DNA of 64,000 bases from Thermodesulfovibrionia bacterium (GCA_030646035.1 JAUSMY010000056.1:5481-69480); one strand, 5' to 3'; numbered from the stretch's first letter, positions 8,041-17,833 are shown. Notes: generated by a model from the letters alone, not told the origin. Program-made: numbers and translations.

Positions 8041-8918
8041 ATAACGCATCAACAGACAAAGAGAAAGAGCAGAAGCTGAGAGAGCTTTCCCCTGAAATGC
8101 TTCTTCTTAAGCTGAAGTCTAATGTTGCCAAGAAGCTGGCTGCCGGCGAGACAGGCCTCACCAATGACATCAAACAGATCCGTGACCTTGAAGAGACGTT
8201 AAAAAAGGCCTCAGGCGGAGATGCACCAGAGACGGAAGAATTCGGGATCCCTGAGCGTTTCAAGGTGAAGAGACGTTCTTATACATTGTCTAAGGCTGCT
8301 GTTGAGCAGAGGCGCAAGGCCCAGAAAAAAGCAACTGAGGCGATGCAGAAGCAAGGCGCCTCCACAGGGCCCAAGACTGATGCCGGCAAAAAAGCAAGCC
8401 GTCATAACGCATGGAAGCATGGCTCATATGCCGACAGCCTTTTCAGTCGCCTGACACGCCCCTGTAAAAAGACATGCCCTGATTATCCATGTGTCCTGAT
8501 CGAAGGCGGCAATACCGCCCCTGGACAACCCTGCATGGATGCAGAGTATCTGTACGAGGCATTTATGGCTATTCTCGATGCCGTCAAGAATAACAATTAT
8601 GACGACTTCAACAGTATGGCTGCACTGACTACATCTGCAAATATTCAGATACTCAGAAAGATGCAGGAAGCATTAATAGAGGACGGAGTTGTGGTCATGG
8701 GCGACAAGTTTGATAAAGATGGCACTGTTATCGGGCGTGAGCTCAAGGTCCATCCGGCAATCCCATATCTTGCAAAGCTTACAGAGGCGCTCGGCTTTAC
8801 TCCGAAGGATCTGAATATTACTCCAAGAGAGCTGGCAAAGGAGAAACAGGGCGATAAGTTCCATAAGACCCTTGCTGAGATGATGAGCGGAGTTCCAAGG
8901 AAAGAGGATAAAGAATGA
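8028..8918 (+). CDS. Phage terminase small subunit (P27-family-like)
   Basis: It is the first gene of the structural block and immediately precedes the large terminase, with an ATGA overlap. The C-terminal LTEALGFTPKDLNITPRELAK resembles the P27-family C-terminus. Confidence 0.45.
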   Translation: MAEKDNASTDKEKEQKLRELSPEMLLLKLKSNVAKKLAAGETGLTNDIKQIRDLEETLKKASGGDAPETEEFGIPERFKVKRRSYTLSKAAVEQRRKAQKKATEAMQKQGASTGPKTDAGKKASRHNAWKHGSYADSLFSRLTRPCKKTCPDYPCVLIEGGNTAPGQPCMDAEYLYEAFMAILDAVKNNNYDDFNSMAALTTSANIQILRKMQEALIEDGVVVMGDKFDKDGTVIGRELKVHPAIPYLAKLTEALGFTPKDLNITPRELAKEKQGDKFHKTLAEMMSGVPRKEDKE

Positions 8919-10774
8919 ATCCTCAGGTAATGGAGCCTATTGAGCTTGCTGATCTTAAAAAAGGGATACGTGTTCCTGAAGTTGATTTTGAGAAGTGGCT
9001 GCAAGCTCACGACTGGACATGGCATCAGCTCGCAAGGAACGAATTCCCTATGCCGTTTGAAAGCCTTGATCAATTCCAATTAGCCTGTATATGTGCAGAT
9101 CCTGTCTTATGGGTGCAGGCATTTCTGAGAGAGCCTGAGGATCCTGACCACAAGGAACCTTACAACCTTTTTGATTATCAGATAGAGTCACTGAGATATC
9201 CCGGGCATGCTATTCATGCTGATGCTGCCGAGGTTGGTAAAACAAGAGAGATCGTTGCCCTTGGTCTTCAGAAAGGGTTTACCACGCAAAACGGCTCCGG
9301 TCTGATCGGAGCTCCGATGCAGTCTCACCTTGACGAGATCATCGAGGCGATGGATGACCAGTTTACCTGGAACCCTGATCTTGGAGCCTGTAGGTGGCAC
9401 AGACGCCATAAGGACGGCTGGAAGAAACACCCGCATCATGCTTTTTACTTTACAAATGGTTTCAAGATCGATTTCAAGCCTTCAGGCGACAAAGGAATGG
9501 CATACAGGGGAGTGCATGCAAGGACCTTTGCATTTAAGGATGAAGGAGTGAAGGACAAAAACCCTGCGCAGTGGTCTGAGTTCTGGAGGGCGGTAAAGCC
9601 AAACTGTATCGTCAGGCTTTATTCCGTGCTGGATGGTGACCGCTCCTGTGATTTCTATAAGCTCAAAGAGAGAGCAAAGAGCACGAAGAAGGAAGAGGAG
9701 ATGAAGATCGATTCCTTAAAAGGCGCACAGGGGCATGTGAAGAATATCAAATTCAAGCTCTTTGTATGGCCAAAGACATTAATGCCGGTACCGTACTGGA
9801 CCCCTGAGAGGAAACAGTTCTATGTTGAGCAGTACGGCGGAGAGGACTCTGCCGGTTACAAACACAATGTCATGGCGCAGGACGGCGATCCTGAGAACTC
9901 TGTCTTCCCATGGACACAGTTCGGCCTCACGATCAAGGATGTCCCGGATTATCGATGTCTTAAGGTTCTTGTTGATTCAGGCAACAATGAGGTCATTGTT
10001 AACGGCTATAAGTGCGAGTATGTCCCAGGTGATGACGGTCCGGTGCCGAGGGTGATATCTCTTATTGATGAAACATACAAGGCATCGACCTTCTTTGATT
10101 TTAATGATGATAACGAATCGGAGTTCAGAAAGCTGATCAAGAGCTTTTTTATCTCGATCCCCGGCCTTAAGCGCGGCGGCGGTGACTTTGGTTTCAGCGG
10201 TGATCCTACTGAGTTATTAATAAAGAGCATCATCGGGAAAAAGGAACGGACAGTCGCACGTCTTCAGCTGAAGCATGTTACATATGACCAGCAATGCCAG
10301 GCGATTGATGCCATGGATGATGTTTACGGCCCCATCGAATCGATAATGTGGGGAACTGACTTTGGCAATGCCGGTTCAGCTGTTACTCATATACTTCAGG
10401 GTGAGCCCAGATACAGGCATAAGAATTACAGTCACAGGTTGAAAGGTTTTATGTTTGAATCAACGGCTGACAATATCAATGAGGCCGGCGAGCCGATAAT
10501 CGAGACAAAGACACAGAAGCCGGCAACGATAACGCTCAAGGAACTGGCAACAGATATCCTGGTCCAAAAGATGCAAAGGCAGGAGCTTGAATATCCTCCT
10601 GACCCTGATATGGTTTTGTTTTACCCAAACCATACGGTCAGACAGGGAGGAAAGCACCGCATATACAAAAAAGAAGATGATCATATTATTGACGCTGACA
10701 GGGTGCAGATATTGGCAAAGCTCTTTTCGGCAATGGTGGAAGACTATTTTTCATCCGGGAGTAATGTCCGATGA
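8915..10774 (+). CDS. Phage terminase large subunit
   Basis: 619 aa in the position between TerS and the portal. ADAAEVGKTRE is Walker-A-like. It is translationally coupled on both sides. Confidence 0.55.
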   Translation: MNPQVMEPIELADLKKGIRVPEVDFEKWLQAHDWTWHQLARNEFPMPFESLDQFQLACICADPVLWVQAFLREPEDPDHKEPYNLFDYQIESLRYPGHAIHADAAEVGKTREIVALGLQKGFTTQNGSGLIGAPMQSHLDEIIEAMDDQFTWNPDLGACRWHRRHKDGWKKHPHHAFYFTNGFKIDFKPSGDKGMAYRGVHARTFAFKDEGVKDKNPAQWSEFWRAVKPNCIVRLYSVLDGDRSCDFYKLKERAKSTKKEEEMKIDSLKGAQGHVKNIKFKLFVWPKTLMPVPYWTPERKQFYVEQYGGEDSAGYKHNVMAQDGDPENSVFPWTQFGLTIKDVPDYRCLKVLVDSGNNEVIVNGYKCEYVPGDDGPVPRVISLIDETYKASTFFDFNDDNESEFRKLIKSFFISIPGLKRGGGDFGFSGDPTELLIKSIIGKKERTVARLQLKHVTYDQQCQAIDAMDDVYGPIESIMWGTDFGNAGSAVTHILQGEPRYRHKNYSHRLKGFMFESTADNINEAGEPIIETKTQKPATITLKELATDILVQKMQRQELEYPPDPDMVLFYPNHTVRQGGKHRIYKKEDDHIIDADRVQILAKLFSAMVEDYFSSGSNVR

Positions 10775-12963
10775 TATTAAAAGCAGACGGCACGATCTAT
10801 GAGAGTAAAGCCGCGCCTGATGGAATAATCGCTATCTCACAGTTACGTCATAGCAGCCCTCAGGGTCCCATGACCGACTGGTTTAATAATTATGTCTTCA
10901 GAAAGATAGCAGGCGAGTTTTATGAGGTGCTCAGGGAAGGTATCCCAATAATTGATGCCGCCATTTCGCGGCTCATATCTCTTGAGGGGACGATCAAGAT
11001 AATCGGGGATAATGCGCAGCTTGTCAGAGAGCTTGAGGATTTTCATCGGAACATTCCTGTTGGTGATATGCAGACCGGCATAAATGCATTCCACAGAAAT
11101 ATGTCTAATGAGAAGTTTGAACAGGGCTTTGCTCTTCCTGAGATCGTAGCGACAAAAGACCTTAAAGATGTTCAGGAACTCAGGGTGCCTGACAGCAAGT
11201 ATATTATCTTCAGGAGAAACAAAGACGGCAGATCTGAACCCTGGTACCGTTATCCCGGAGACTCCCCTGCGCGGAGGCCGCAATATTATTCAACGCCTCT
11301 TAATATTATTCAGGAGATACTTACCGCCTCATACGGGCAGGCCGTTAATATTAACGGTGTAAATGAGGTGAAGCTGAATCCTGCCAATAAGATATATTTC
11401 TCCATGAACAATGAGAATACAGACCCGCACGGGGTATCTCTGATGCGCTCAATGGAGTTTTGCGCGAATATCCTTGTGACTCTTGAGAATGCGATGAAGA
11501 ACTCAGGCGACCGCTTTGGAGATCCTTCTTACCATATTCATTTGAAAGGCGCGAAGGCCGGCAACCAGACGGAGGTGGAGAGCAGAAGAAAGAAGCTTGA
11601 AGCAGATTTTACAACGGTCATAGAGACAAAGAGAGCGGGGCAGAGCGCTGATCTTGTTACAGCCGGAAGCGCAGATTCAGACGTCAGTGTATCTGTGATA
11701 GGACATGACGGACAGCTATTTAATTTTATGATACCGATCCGTCATGCAAGCGAGCAGATACTTGCAAAGACAGGCCTTGCCGCGTGGAGCGTCGGGCTTT
11801 ATTGGGGCGGAGCCGGAGGTAAAGCAAACATTGAGGCAGAGATGATGCTTGCCGATGCAAAGGTCAGAGGGGCAGAGATGCTCCCCGGATACATAAAGCT
11901 TTTTTCCACCTTCCTTCAATTAAGAGGCTATACATGGAAGAGCATTACTACTTCAGAGGATAAACCCGGGGACTGGGGTGTGGTCTTTGAAACTCCAAAC
12001 ATCCGCGACCTCGTCACAACAGCACAGGCAAGATTCCTAAATGCACAGGCAGATATGATGCAGAATAATGCCGGCATGATAGAAATCAACAGTCAAGCAA
12101 GCGTTGAAATAGGCGGCAATAAGTATCCGATAATAAAGGGTAAAACATGTGGATGTAAAAGCTATGCCGGCAAGGAATTTAAACGTCCCTTGTTTTGGCC
12201 TGACCTTGATGATCTTGAAACAAAATATGAGACAAAACTAAAAGATAAGTGGCGTGATTTTGAGAACAGGTCATACAGGATATTAAGTATCGACATGGAA
12301 GAGGTCATAAAATCTCCCGACAAATTTATTTTTACTGAGATACAAAAGAAGGATCTTGAGAAGGCGCTCGATAAATACTTAAAAGGTTTAAAGCTTGATG
12401 ACCTTCCTTATTATTATGGGCAGGCTTATTCACTCGGCTTGATAGCAGCTGCTTATGTGGTTCAGAAAGAGGATGAAGGGTTTGACCTGAAAGATATAGA
12501 TTCTATTCCTCCGCAGTCATCAATTGCGGCAGTCCCGATTCTGGACATCATAAAGAATAGAGAGATATTTGAAGATATTGTCAATTCCGGTTTTGATCTT
12601 GTAAAGGACAAAGCCACCAGCCGGATCAAGGATGAGATCATTACAGAGATAGAGAGCGCGGTAGCAGCGGGTAAAAATCCAAAGGAAGTGGCATCAATAC
12701 TTAAGGGTAAATTCAGCGATGCCAATTCAGACTGGGAGCGCCTTGCACGGAGTGAACTCTCCATGGCGGCAGAAAGGGCGAAGCTCGACGAATGGGGTGA
12801 GTGGGAGATTAAAGAGGTGGAGTTCGCTCCTGCACCTGATGCCTGCCCGATATGCAGGGCGCTTGCCGGTGATTATCCGATAGCGGACTGTCCGATACCG
12901 GTCAAAGATACACATCCAAGATGCCGGTGCAGCACAAGGCCTGCGGAGAGCGAAACGAGATAA
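10771..12963 (+). CDS. Portal protein fused to a Mu F-like/SPP1 gp7-like minor head morphogenesis domain
   Basis: 730 aa directly after TerL. The C-terminal CPICRALAGDY...DTHPRCRCSTRP matches the Phage_Mu_F C-terminal Cys/His motif. Confidence 0.6.
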   Translation: MILKADGTIYESKAAPDGIIAISQLRHSSPQGPMTDWFNNYVFRKIAGEFYEVLREGIPIIDAAISRLISLEGTIKIIGDNAQLVRELEDFHRNIPVGDMQTGINAFHRNMSNEKFEQGFALPEIVATKDLKDVQELRVPDSKYIIFRRNKDGRSEPWYRYPGDSPARRPQYYSTPLNIIQEILTASYGQAVNINGVNEVKLNPANKIYFSMNNENTDPHGVSLMRSMEFCANILVTLENAMKNSGDRFGDPSYHIHLKGAKAGNQTEVESRRKKLEADFTTVIETKRAGQSADLVTAGSADSDVSVSVIGHDGQLFNFMIPIRHASEQILAKTGLAAWSVGLYWGGAGGKANIEAEMMLADAKVRGAEMLPGYIKLFSTFLQLRGYTWKSITTSEDKPGDWGVVFETPNIRDLVTTAQARFLNAQADMMQNNAGMIEINSQASVEIGGNKYPIIKGKTCGCKSYAGKEFKRPLFWPDLDDLETKYETKLKDKWRDFENRSYRILSIDMEEVIKSPDKFIFTEIQKKDLEKALDKYLKGLKLDDLPYYYGQAYSLGLIAAAYVVQKEDEGFDLKDIDSIPPQSSIAAVPILDIIKNREIFEDIVNSGFDLVKDKATSRIKDEIITEIESAVAAGKNPKEVASILKGKFSDANSDWERLARSELSMAAERAKLDEWGEWEIKEVEFAPAPDACPICRALAGDYPIADCPIPVKDTHPRCRCSTRPAESETR

Positions 12964-13029
12964 AGGATAAGTGGAGCTATGAGATCAACCTTGAAGACGG
13001 GGAACTATACATAACCACTGGAGGATAAT

Positions 13030-13299
13030 GTGTCTGATACCTATGTAACAGAGGAACGGTTTAAGGATTATAAATTAGCAGTAGAAAAACTTTGTGATAC
13101 AAAACACAGCCCTCTTGGAAAAGATGTTGAATGCTTATTCGATAAACTTCGCGATAAAGCGGAGAAGAGCGATCTTGATAAAAAAGCAGATCAGACGGAG
13201 GTGGAAGGTTTGAAGGATAACGTCAAGAGTATTGATAGAAAATTCTGGGCGGTGATTCTTTTAGTGATCACAACGCTTATAGCTGTAATTCTCAAGTAA
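13030..13299 (+). CDS. XhlA-like lysis-associated protein (coiled coil with a C-terminal TM anchor)
   Basis: 89 aa with a charged coiled-coil N-terminus and a single C-terminal TM helix (FWAVILLVITTLIAVIL). It lies immediately upstream of the holin/endolysin. Confidence 0.4.
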   Translation: MSDTYVTEERFKDYKLAVEKLCDTKHSPLGKDVECLFDKLRDKAEKSDLDKKADQTEVEGLKDNVKSIDRKFWAVILLVITTLIAVILK

Positions 13300-13471
13300 T
13301 GAAGATCGGTAATGGAATAAAAGAAGTTGGGCTCAATGACATCTGTTGCAGATGCCGTGAGGTAAGTACCTGCCCCGATCTTGAAGCGATGAAGGAATTA
13401 CCGATAGTGAAGATATTATTTATGATCATCTGTAATAAAAAGGGGACTGATGAATAAAGGAGGATGCTGAT

Positions 13472-13927
13472 ATGGTATTGAGTGTATTCGGGACAGTGTT
13501 CGGGTTTTTGACTTCATTCGCACCTAATCTGCTGAAGTTCTGGCAGGATAAGCGGGATAAAGACCATGAGCTGAAAGTGATGGAGCTGCAGATGCAGGCT
13601 CAGGCTCAGGGACACATGGAAAGGCTTGAGGAGATTAATGCCGAGGCTGACATCGCAGAGAGCAAGGCGCTCTATCAATCTGCTCAGGTTACATTATCCG
13701 GTGTCAGCTGGGTTGATGCGACACTTACCTTTCTTAATTCCAGCGTACGCCCGATTATTACATATTCATTCTTTGGAGTTTACACATGGGTGAAGGCGGA
13801 ACAGTATGCAGTTGCAAATGATATTTCAAAGGTCTGGACAGCAGAAGACATGGCGATCTTTTGCACGATTATCAGTTTCTGGTTCGGGTCACGGAGCATG
13901 AGGTACTATTTTGGCAAGAAGTCATAG
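13472..13927 (+). CDS. Putative holin
   Basis: Small membrane protein with an N-terminal TM and a second hydrophobic segment. It sits directly upstream of, and overlaps, the endolysin gene. Confidence 0.4.
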   Translation: MVLSVFGTVFGFLTSFAPNLLKFWQDKRDKDHELKVMELQMQAQAQGHMERLEEINAEADIAESKALYQSAQVTLSGVSWVDATLTFLNSSVRPIITYSFFGVYTWVKAEQYAVANDISKVWTAEDMAIFCTIISFWFGSRSMRYYFGKKS

Positions 13928-14387
13928 AAAGACAACGCCAGCGGGGCGAAAGTTGATTAAGGATTTTGAGCAGTTTTCAACAACGCCTTATATCTGCCCG
14001 GCTGGTTATTGGACAATAGCATTCGGGCATTTAATAAGAAAAGGTGAAGTTTTCACATCTGTAACAGAAGAAGAGGGAGAGGCGATACTGGAAAAGGATT
14101 TATATACAGCAGAGAGGGCTGTCCTGAGATTAATAAGCGTGCCATTATCAGACTCACAGTTTGATGCTCTTGTATCATTTGTTTTTAACCTTGGCTCCGG
14201 CGCTTTACAGAGCAGCACGTTAAGAATGAAGATCAATCGCGGCGAATATTCTGCGGAAGTGGCGGTGCAGTTTATGCGATGGGTTTATGCCGGAGGGCGG
14301 AAATTAAATGGTCTTATTCGCAGGCGCCGGGCTGAGGCCGATATGTATTGCATGTCGGCAAATATGGGATTAAAACAGGCGGCATAA
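13911..14387 (+). CDS. Endolysin, GH24 phage lysozyme (T4 E/lambda R-like muramidase)
   Basis: LIKDFEQFSTTPYICPAGYWTIAFGHL matches the GH24 catalytic N-terminus (E...D...T motif). The downstream region LNGLIRRRRAE is typical of these enzymes. Confidence 0.75.
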   Translation: MARSHRKTTPAGRKLIKDFEQFSTTPYICPAGYWTIAFGHLIRKGEVFTSVTEEEGEAILEKDLYTAERAVLRLISVPLSDSQFDALVSFVFNLGSGALQSSTLRMKINRGEYSAEVAVQFMRWVYAGGRKLNGLIRRRRAEADMYCMSANMGLKQAA

Positions 14388-14416
14388 ATGGAGATGTTTC
14401 AAAGTAATTAAAAAAG

Positions 14417-14433
14417 TGACACGCTGTGGCGTG
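14417..14433. promoter_or_regulatory. Inverted copy of the 17-bp palindromic site at 7874-7890
   Basis: Exact reverse complement of 7874-7890. It lies 34 nt upstream of the com-like gene. Confidence 0.45.
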
Positions 14434-14466
14434 AACTTTTCTTTTAAAGCTGTTATAAATTAAGCA

Positions 14467-14625
14467 ATGAAAGAAAAGAAGCCCGCTGAATTACCTAATG
14501 TACGGTGCAAAAAATGCGGGAAGCTATTATTCAAAGGAGAGTTTACAGAGATAGAGGTCAAATGCCCCCGCTGCAATTTCTTACAGACCTTCAGGGGTGC
14601 TCAAGCACTTAAGAAAGCAAGCTAA
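14467..14625 (+). CDS. com: Com-like zinc-ribbon protein (phage Mu Com translational activator family). Small ORF missing from the six-frame track.
   Basis: 52 aa: MKEKKPAELPNVRCKKCGKLLFKGEFTEIEVKCPRCNFLQTF... It has CxxC-x16-CxxC and aligns with Mu Com as I remember it (RCKNCNKLLFKA...IEIRCPRCK). Confidence 0.6.
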   Translation: MKEKKPAELPNVRCKKCGKLLFKGEFTEIEVKCPRCNFLQTFRGAQALKKAS

Positions 14626-14640
14626 TACACCATAACCTAA

Positions 14641-14711
14641 AGAGGCACATGATGCCCGGTTCTCTGCTTAACAGTGGGGAAGCCGGGCATTTTTTATTAT
14701 GGCAGACAAAA
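14641..14711 (+). promoter_or_regulatory. Copy 2 of the duplicated leader hairpin element, immediately downstream of the com-like gene
   Basis: See 7970-8040. The hairpin is GCCCGG..(CUGCU UAAC AGUGG)..CCGGGC followed by T6. Confidence 0.55.
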
Positions 14712-14803
14712 AAGGGAAGACAGACAAGATAACGCAGAAGACTTCAGATGATGCTCTGAAGGATTTTAAAAGATCCGGGATTGAAGGAACAAAGAGCAGA
14801 TGA
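14699..14803 (+). CDS. 34-aa leader ORF translationally coupled (ATGA overlap) to the prohead protease/scaffold gene
   Basis: Its start lies inside the repeated element. Its N-terminus (MADKKGKTDK) parallels the TerS N-terminus (MAEKDNASTDK). The stop TGA overlaps the ATG at 14800. Confidence 0.35.
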   Translation: MADKKGKTDKITQKTSDDALKDFKRSGIEGTKSR

Positions 14804-15933
14804 AGATCACAAAAAATAAGATCCTTAAATCATTCGGCGCCAAAGCGGTTATAACCACTCCTGACGATACTCAGCTTGCGATCATAAACGGATTTACAAA
14901 GAGGGTATTTACGGCTGATGAGCTTTATGTGTCCCAGATACGTCTTGCTAATAATGCCATTGACCGTGACGGGGAGCGTTTCAGTGATGAGACACTACAG
15001 GGGTTTATCGATTCCGCAGTAAAGAAGACCTGGCTGCTTGATCATGATAAGAAGGTCAGGTCAGCGATAGGCAAGATCTTCGCAGTTGAGAAAGAGAGTA
15101 TGACCATAGAGGATGCGAAGAAGATCGACGAGAACATCGAACTTCCAGCAGGCATGAAGGAAGTTATCTTTTTCTCTCCATGGATATACATTCCGAAGAA
15201 AGGCATTAGCGATCAGGACCTCATTAAGATCGAGGCCGGTATCTATGACTTTGCTTCAATAGGATTCAGCGCCGACAAGCTGGCTCCGGTCAGGGATGAT
15301 GAGGAGAATATCCTTTACTGGGAATACAAGGGTGCGGGAAAGACAAATGAGGGCTCTTATGTTTATCTCGGGGCACAATATGGCGCAGCTTCAAAGACAG
15401 CTGATGACGATAAATTCAAGCATGAGAAACAAGGAGGAATTGAAAAGATGAAGGACCTTATCAAGAAGTTTAAGGAGATTTTCCAGAAGACCCTTTCAGA
15501 AGACGGATATATTCAGGAGATCGTTGATTTCGTCAAAGGGTTGAAGGACGAGATAACTGCAAAAGAGACAACGATATCTGATCATGAAAAGAAGATCAAG
15601 GAGCTTGGGCCGATGGCTGAGATCGGGCAGAAGGTGAAGGACAAGCTTGTTGAAGACGCAGTTCATTCCTCTACGCTTTTAGGCGAGATTGATAACACGG
15701 ACGATGCCAAGAAGAAAGAGACAGATTACCTCAAAGGTTGTTCCTTTGACCGCCTTCAAAAGACGCATGACAGCCTTTTGTTTAGGGCAAAAGAGAAGTT
15801 TCCAACAGACCCGGCATTTCAGTCAAAGGACAATGAAGACAGGGATAAAACCAAATCCCCTGCCGGCAGCAGCGGAGGGGAGAGCCCTCTAATAAAGAAC
15901 GCAAAAGAAAGAGCAGGAATAACTGACAAATAA
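14800..15933 (+). CDS. Prohead protease fused to a coiled-coil scaffold-like C-terminus
   Basis: It sits upstream of the decoration and capsid genes. The N-terminal half is globular with a LLDHD motif. The C-terminal half is low-complexity and charged (KMKDLIKKFKEIFQ..., ...KIKELG) like scaffolding domains. Confidence 0.45.
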   Translation: MKITKNKILKSFGAKAVITTPDDTQLAIINGFTKRVFTADELYVSQIRLANNAIDRDGERFSDETLQGFIDSAVKKTWLLDHDKKVRSAIGKIFAVEKESMTIEDAKKIDENIELPAGMKEVIFFSPWIYIPKKGISDQDLIKIEAGIYDFASIGFSADKLAPVRDDEENILYWEYKGAGKTNEGSYVYLGAQYGAASKTADDDKFKHEKQGGIEKMKDLIKKFKEIFQKTLSEDGYIQEIVDFVKGLKDEITAKETTISDHEKKIKELGPMAEIGQKVKDKLVEDAVHSSTLLGEIDNTDDAKKKETDYLKGCSFDRLQKTHDSLLFRAKEKFPTDPAFQSKDNEDRDKTKSPAGSSGGESPLIKNAKERAGITDK

Positions 15934-15951
15934 AGTAAGGAGGCCATTGCA

Positions 15952-16749
15952 ATGAAGCTGACAAAAAGAGAGAAGAGGAAGTTTTCACTTATGGGGTTGA
16001 TCGTGATTACCCTCATCATGGTTATGGGGATCGGGATTGTCGGAGTGGTTGCGCCTAAAGCGCTTGCCGTTTTGCCGCTTATAGGTATCGCACTTGGGAT
16101 TGCCTATGCAGAGGGCAATTATCTGAGCGATGTTTTACTGAAGGAGGCTGATGATAGGGTCTCCCGGGAGAAAGTGACGGTCATATCAGGACAGAATCTT
16201 TTAATCGGCGCAATAGTCGGGAAGATCACAAAAGCGCTTGGGGCGATCACAGCTGATGCAGACAACACCGGTAATGGAACATGTACAGGCGTTACGATGG
16301 GGGCTGACGCATTGCTCGGCACTTATACGATTGAATGCATTACTGCTGTTGAAAATGGCGGGAAATTCAAGGTTATAAACCCACTCGGCAATGCCTTGCC
16401 GGATGCAACTGTTGCAGTTGCTTATGTGAACGATCAGATTAATTTTACAGTCAATGACGGAGCCACGGACTTTATCGTTGGTGATAAGTTCACTATCGTT
16501 GTTGGTGCCGGCAGCGGGAAGGTCACACAGCTTGCTCCTGCCGCGATTAACGGCTCACAGAATGCTTACGGCATGCTGACATCTGCGATTGATGCAAGTT
16601 CCGCAGATGTGGAAGGAGTAGCTATCGTCAGAGATGCCGTGCTAAAGAGTTTGGGTATCGTATGGCCGGCGGGCATAACGGAACCACAAAAGGCTGCTGC
16701 ATTGGCAGAGCTTGAAGCAAAACTTGTTACCACAAGGGAGGGGGTATAA
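15952..16749 (+). CDS. Head decoration protein (lambda gpD-like) with an unusual N-terminal double-TM extension
   Basis: It lies immediately upstream of the lambda E-like capsid gene. The C-terminal 120 aa are Gly/Ala/Val-rich and resemble decoration proteins. Two N-terminal hydrophobic helices are atypical. Confidence 0.4.
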   Translation: MKLTKREKRKFSLMGLIVITLIMVMGIGIVGVVAPKALAVLPLIGIALGIAYAEGNYLSDVLLKEADDRVSREKVTVISGQNLLIGAIVGKITKALGAITADADNTGNGTCTGVTMGADALLGTYTIECITAVENGGKFKVINPLGNALPDATVAVAYVNDQINFTVNDGATDFIVGDKFTIVVGAGSGKVTQLAPAAINGSQNAYGMLTSAIDASSADVEGVAIVRDAVLKSLGIVWPAGITEPQKAAALAELEAKLVTTREGV

Positions 16750-16752
16750 ACC

Positions 16753-17766
16753 ATGTTTGTCAACTTAGCGAAAGATCCTGCATTTAATGTCGCCTCACTT
16801 TCACAGGCGATAAACATCCTGCCGAATAACTACGGCAAAGTGAGAGAGATGAACCTCTTCCCGTTCAAGGGAGTGAGGACGAGAGTTATATATGTTGAAG
16901 AACAGAATGGCGTTCTCAACTTATTGCAGACACAGCCGATCGGGGCGCCGGGAGATGCCGGAATAAGCGGCAAGCGTAAAGTGAGGTCATTTGTAATACC
17001 TCATATCCCGCATGACGATGTTGTGCTTCCTGAAGAAGTTGAAGGCGTCAGGGCATTCGGCGCTGAACAGGATGTGCTCAAGACCATAGCAGATGCAGTC
17101 AATGAGAAACTTCAGAGCATGAAGAATAAGCATTCCATAACGCTTGAGCATCTGCGCATGGGTGCTCTCAAGGGGATAATCCTTGATGCCGACGGTTCAA
17201 CCCTCTACAACCTCTATACCGAGTTTGAGATAGAGGCCAAGGAGATAGATTTTGTTCTCGGCACTGCAACCACAAAGGTCATCAACAAGTGCAATGAGCT
17301 TGCGAGACATCTTGAAAAGAATCTTAAGGGTGAGGTCATGAACGGAATACATGCCTTCGTGTCTCCTGAGTTCTTTGACAAGCTGACGAATCATGCGACA
17401 GTCAAAGAAGCATATGCCAGATGGCAGAACGGCGAGGCGCTCCGGTCTGACATGAGAAAGGGTTTCAGGTTCGGCCCGATCATGTTTGAGGAGTATATCG
17501 GTGAAGCGACCGACAAGGCCGGTAACGTAAGGAAGTTCATCACGGCTGAAGAAGGGCATGCGTTCCCGACAGGGACGAATGACACATTCAAGACCTTCTG
17601 TGCTCCTGCTGACTTTAATGAGACCGTCAATACCATTGGCCAGCCGATCTACGCCAAGATCTCAGAGCGTAAGCATGGGAGAGGCTATGATCTCCATACA
17701 CAGAGCAACCCGCTGCCGCTCTGTGCAAGGCCGGGAGTCCTTGTGAAGGTCAAGTCAAGCAATTAA
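16753..17766 (+). CDS. Major capsid protein (lambda gpE-like family)
   Basis: 337 aa. The N-terminus MFVNLAKDPAFNVASLSQAINILPNNYGKVREMNLFPFKGVRTRVIYVEEQ resembles the phage major capsid protein E family. A strong intrinsic terminator follows the gene. Confidence 0.65.
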   Translation: MFVNLAKDPAFNVASLSQAINILPNNYGKVREMNLFPFKGVRTRVIYVEEQNGVLNLLQTQPIGAPGDAGISGKRKVRSFVIPHIPHDDVVLPEEVEGVRAFGAEQDVLKTIADAVNEKLQSMKNKHSITLEHLRMGALKGIILDADGSTLYNLYTEFEIEAKEIDFVLGTATTKVINKCNELARHLEKNLKGEVMNGIHAFVSPEFFDKLTNHATVKEAYARWQNGEALRSDMRKGFRFGPIMFEEYIGEATDKAGNVRKFITAEEGHAFPTGTNDTFKTFCAPADFNETVNTIGQPIYAKISERKHGRGYDLHTQSNPLPLCARPGVLVKVKSSN

Positions 17767-17789
17767 TAAACTCAGAAAAGATCGCTGAA

Positions 17790-17823
17790 AGGGGCGGGCG
17801 GTTTACCGCCTGCCCTTTTTTAT
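17790..17823 (+). terminator. Rho-independent terminator after the capsid gene
   Basis: GGGGCGGGCGG-tttac-CCGCCTGCCC stem followed by TTTTTTT. Confidence 0.7.
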
Positions 17824-17833
17824 TGAGGATTAA

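Noticed and set aside
7977-8078. Alternate-frame mini-ORF MMPGSPLNSGAAGHFLLW... inside the leader element (also at 14651)
   Set aside because: The peptide conservation is a by-product of nucleotide conservation of the RNA element. The SD-ATGATG context is real, so it could be a regulatory uORF, but there is no evidence for a functional protein.
13299-13457. 52-aa Cys-rich ORF (MKIGNGIKEVGLNDICCRCREVSTCPD...) between the XhlA-like and holin genes
   Set aside because: It has no convincing RBS. Its start overlaps the previous stop by one base, with no homology signal. It cannot be supported beyond being an open frame.
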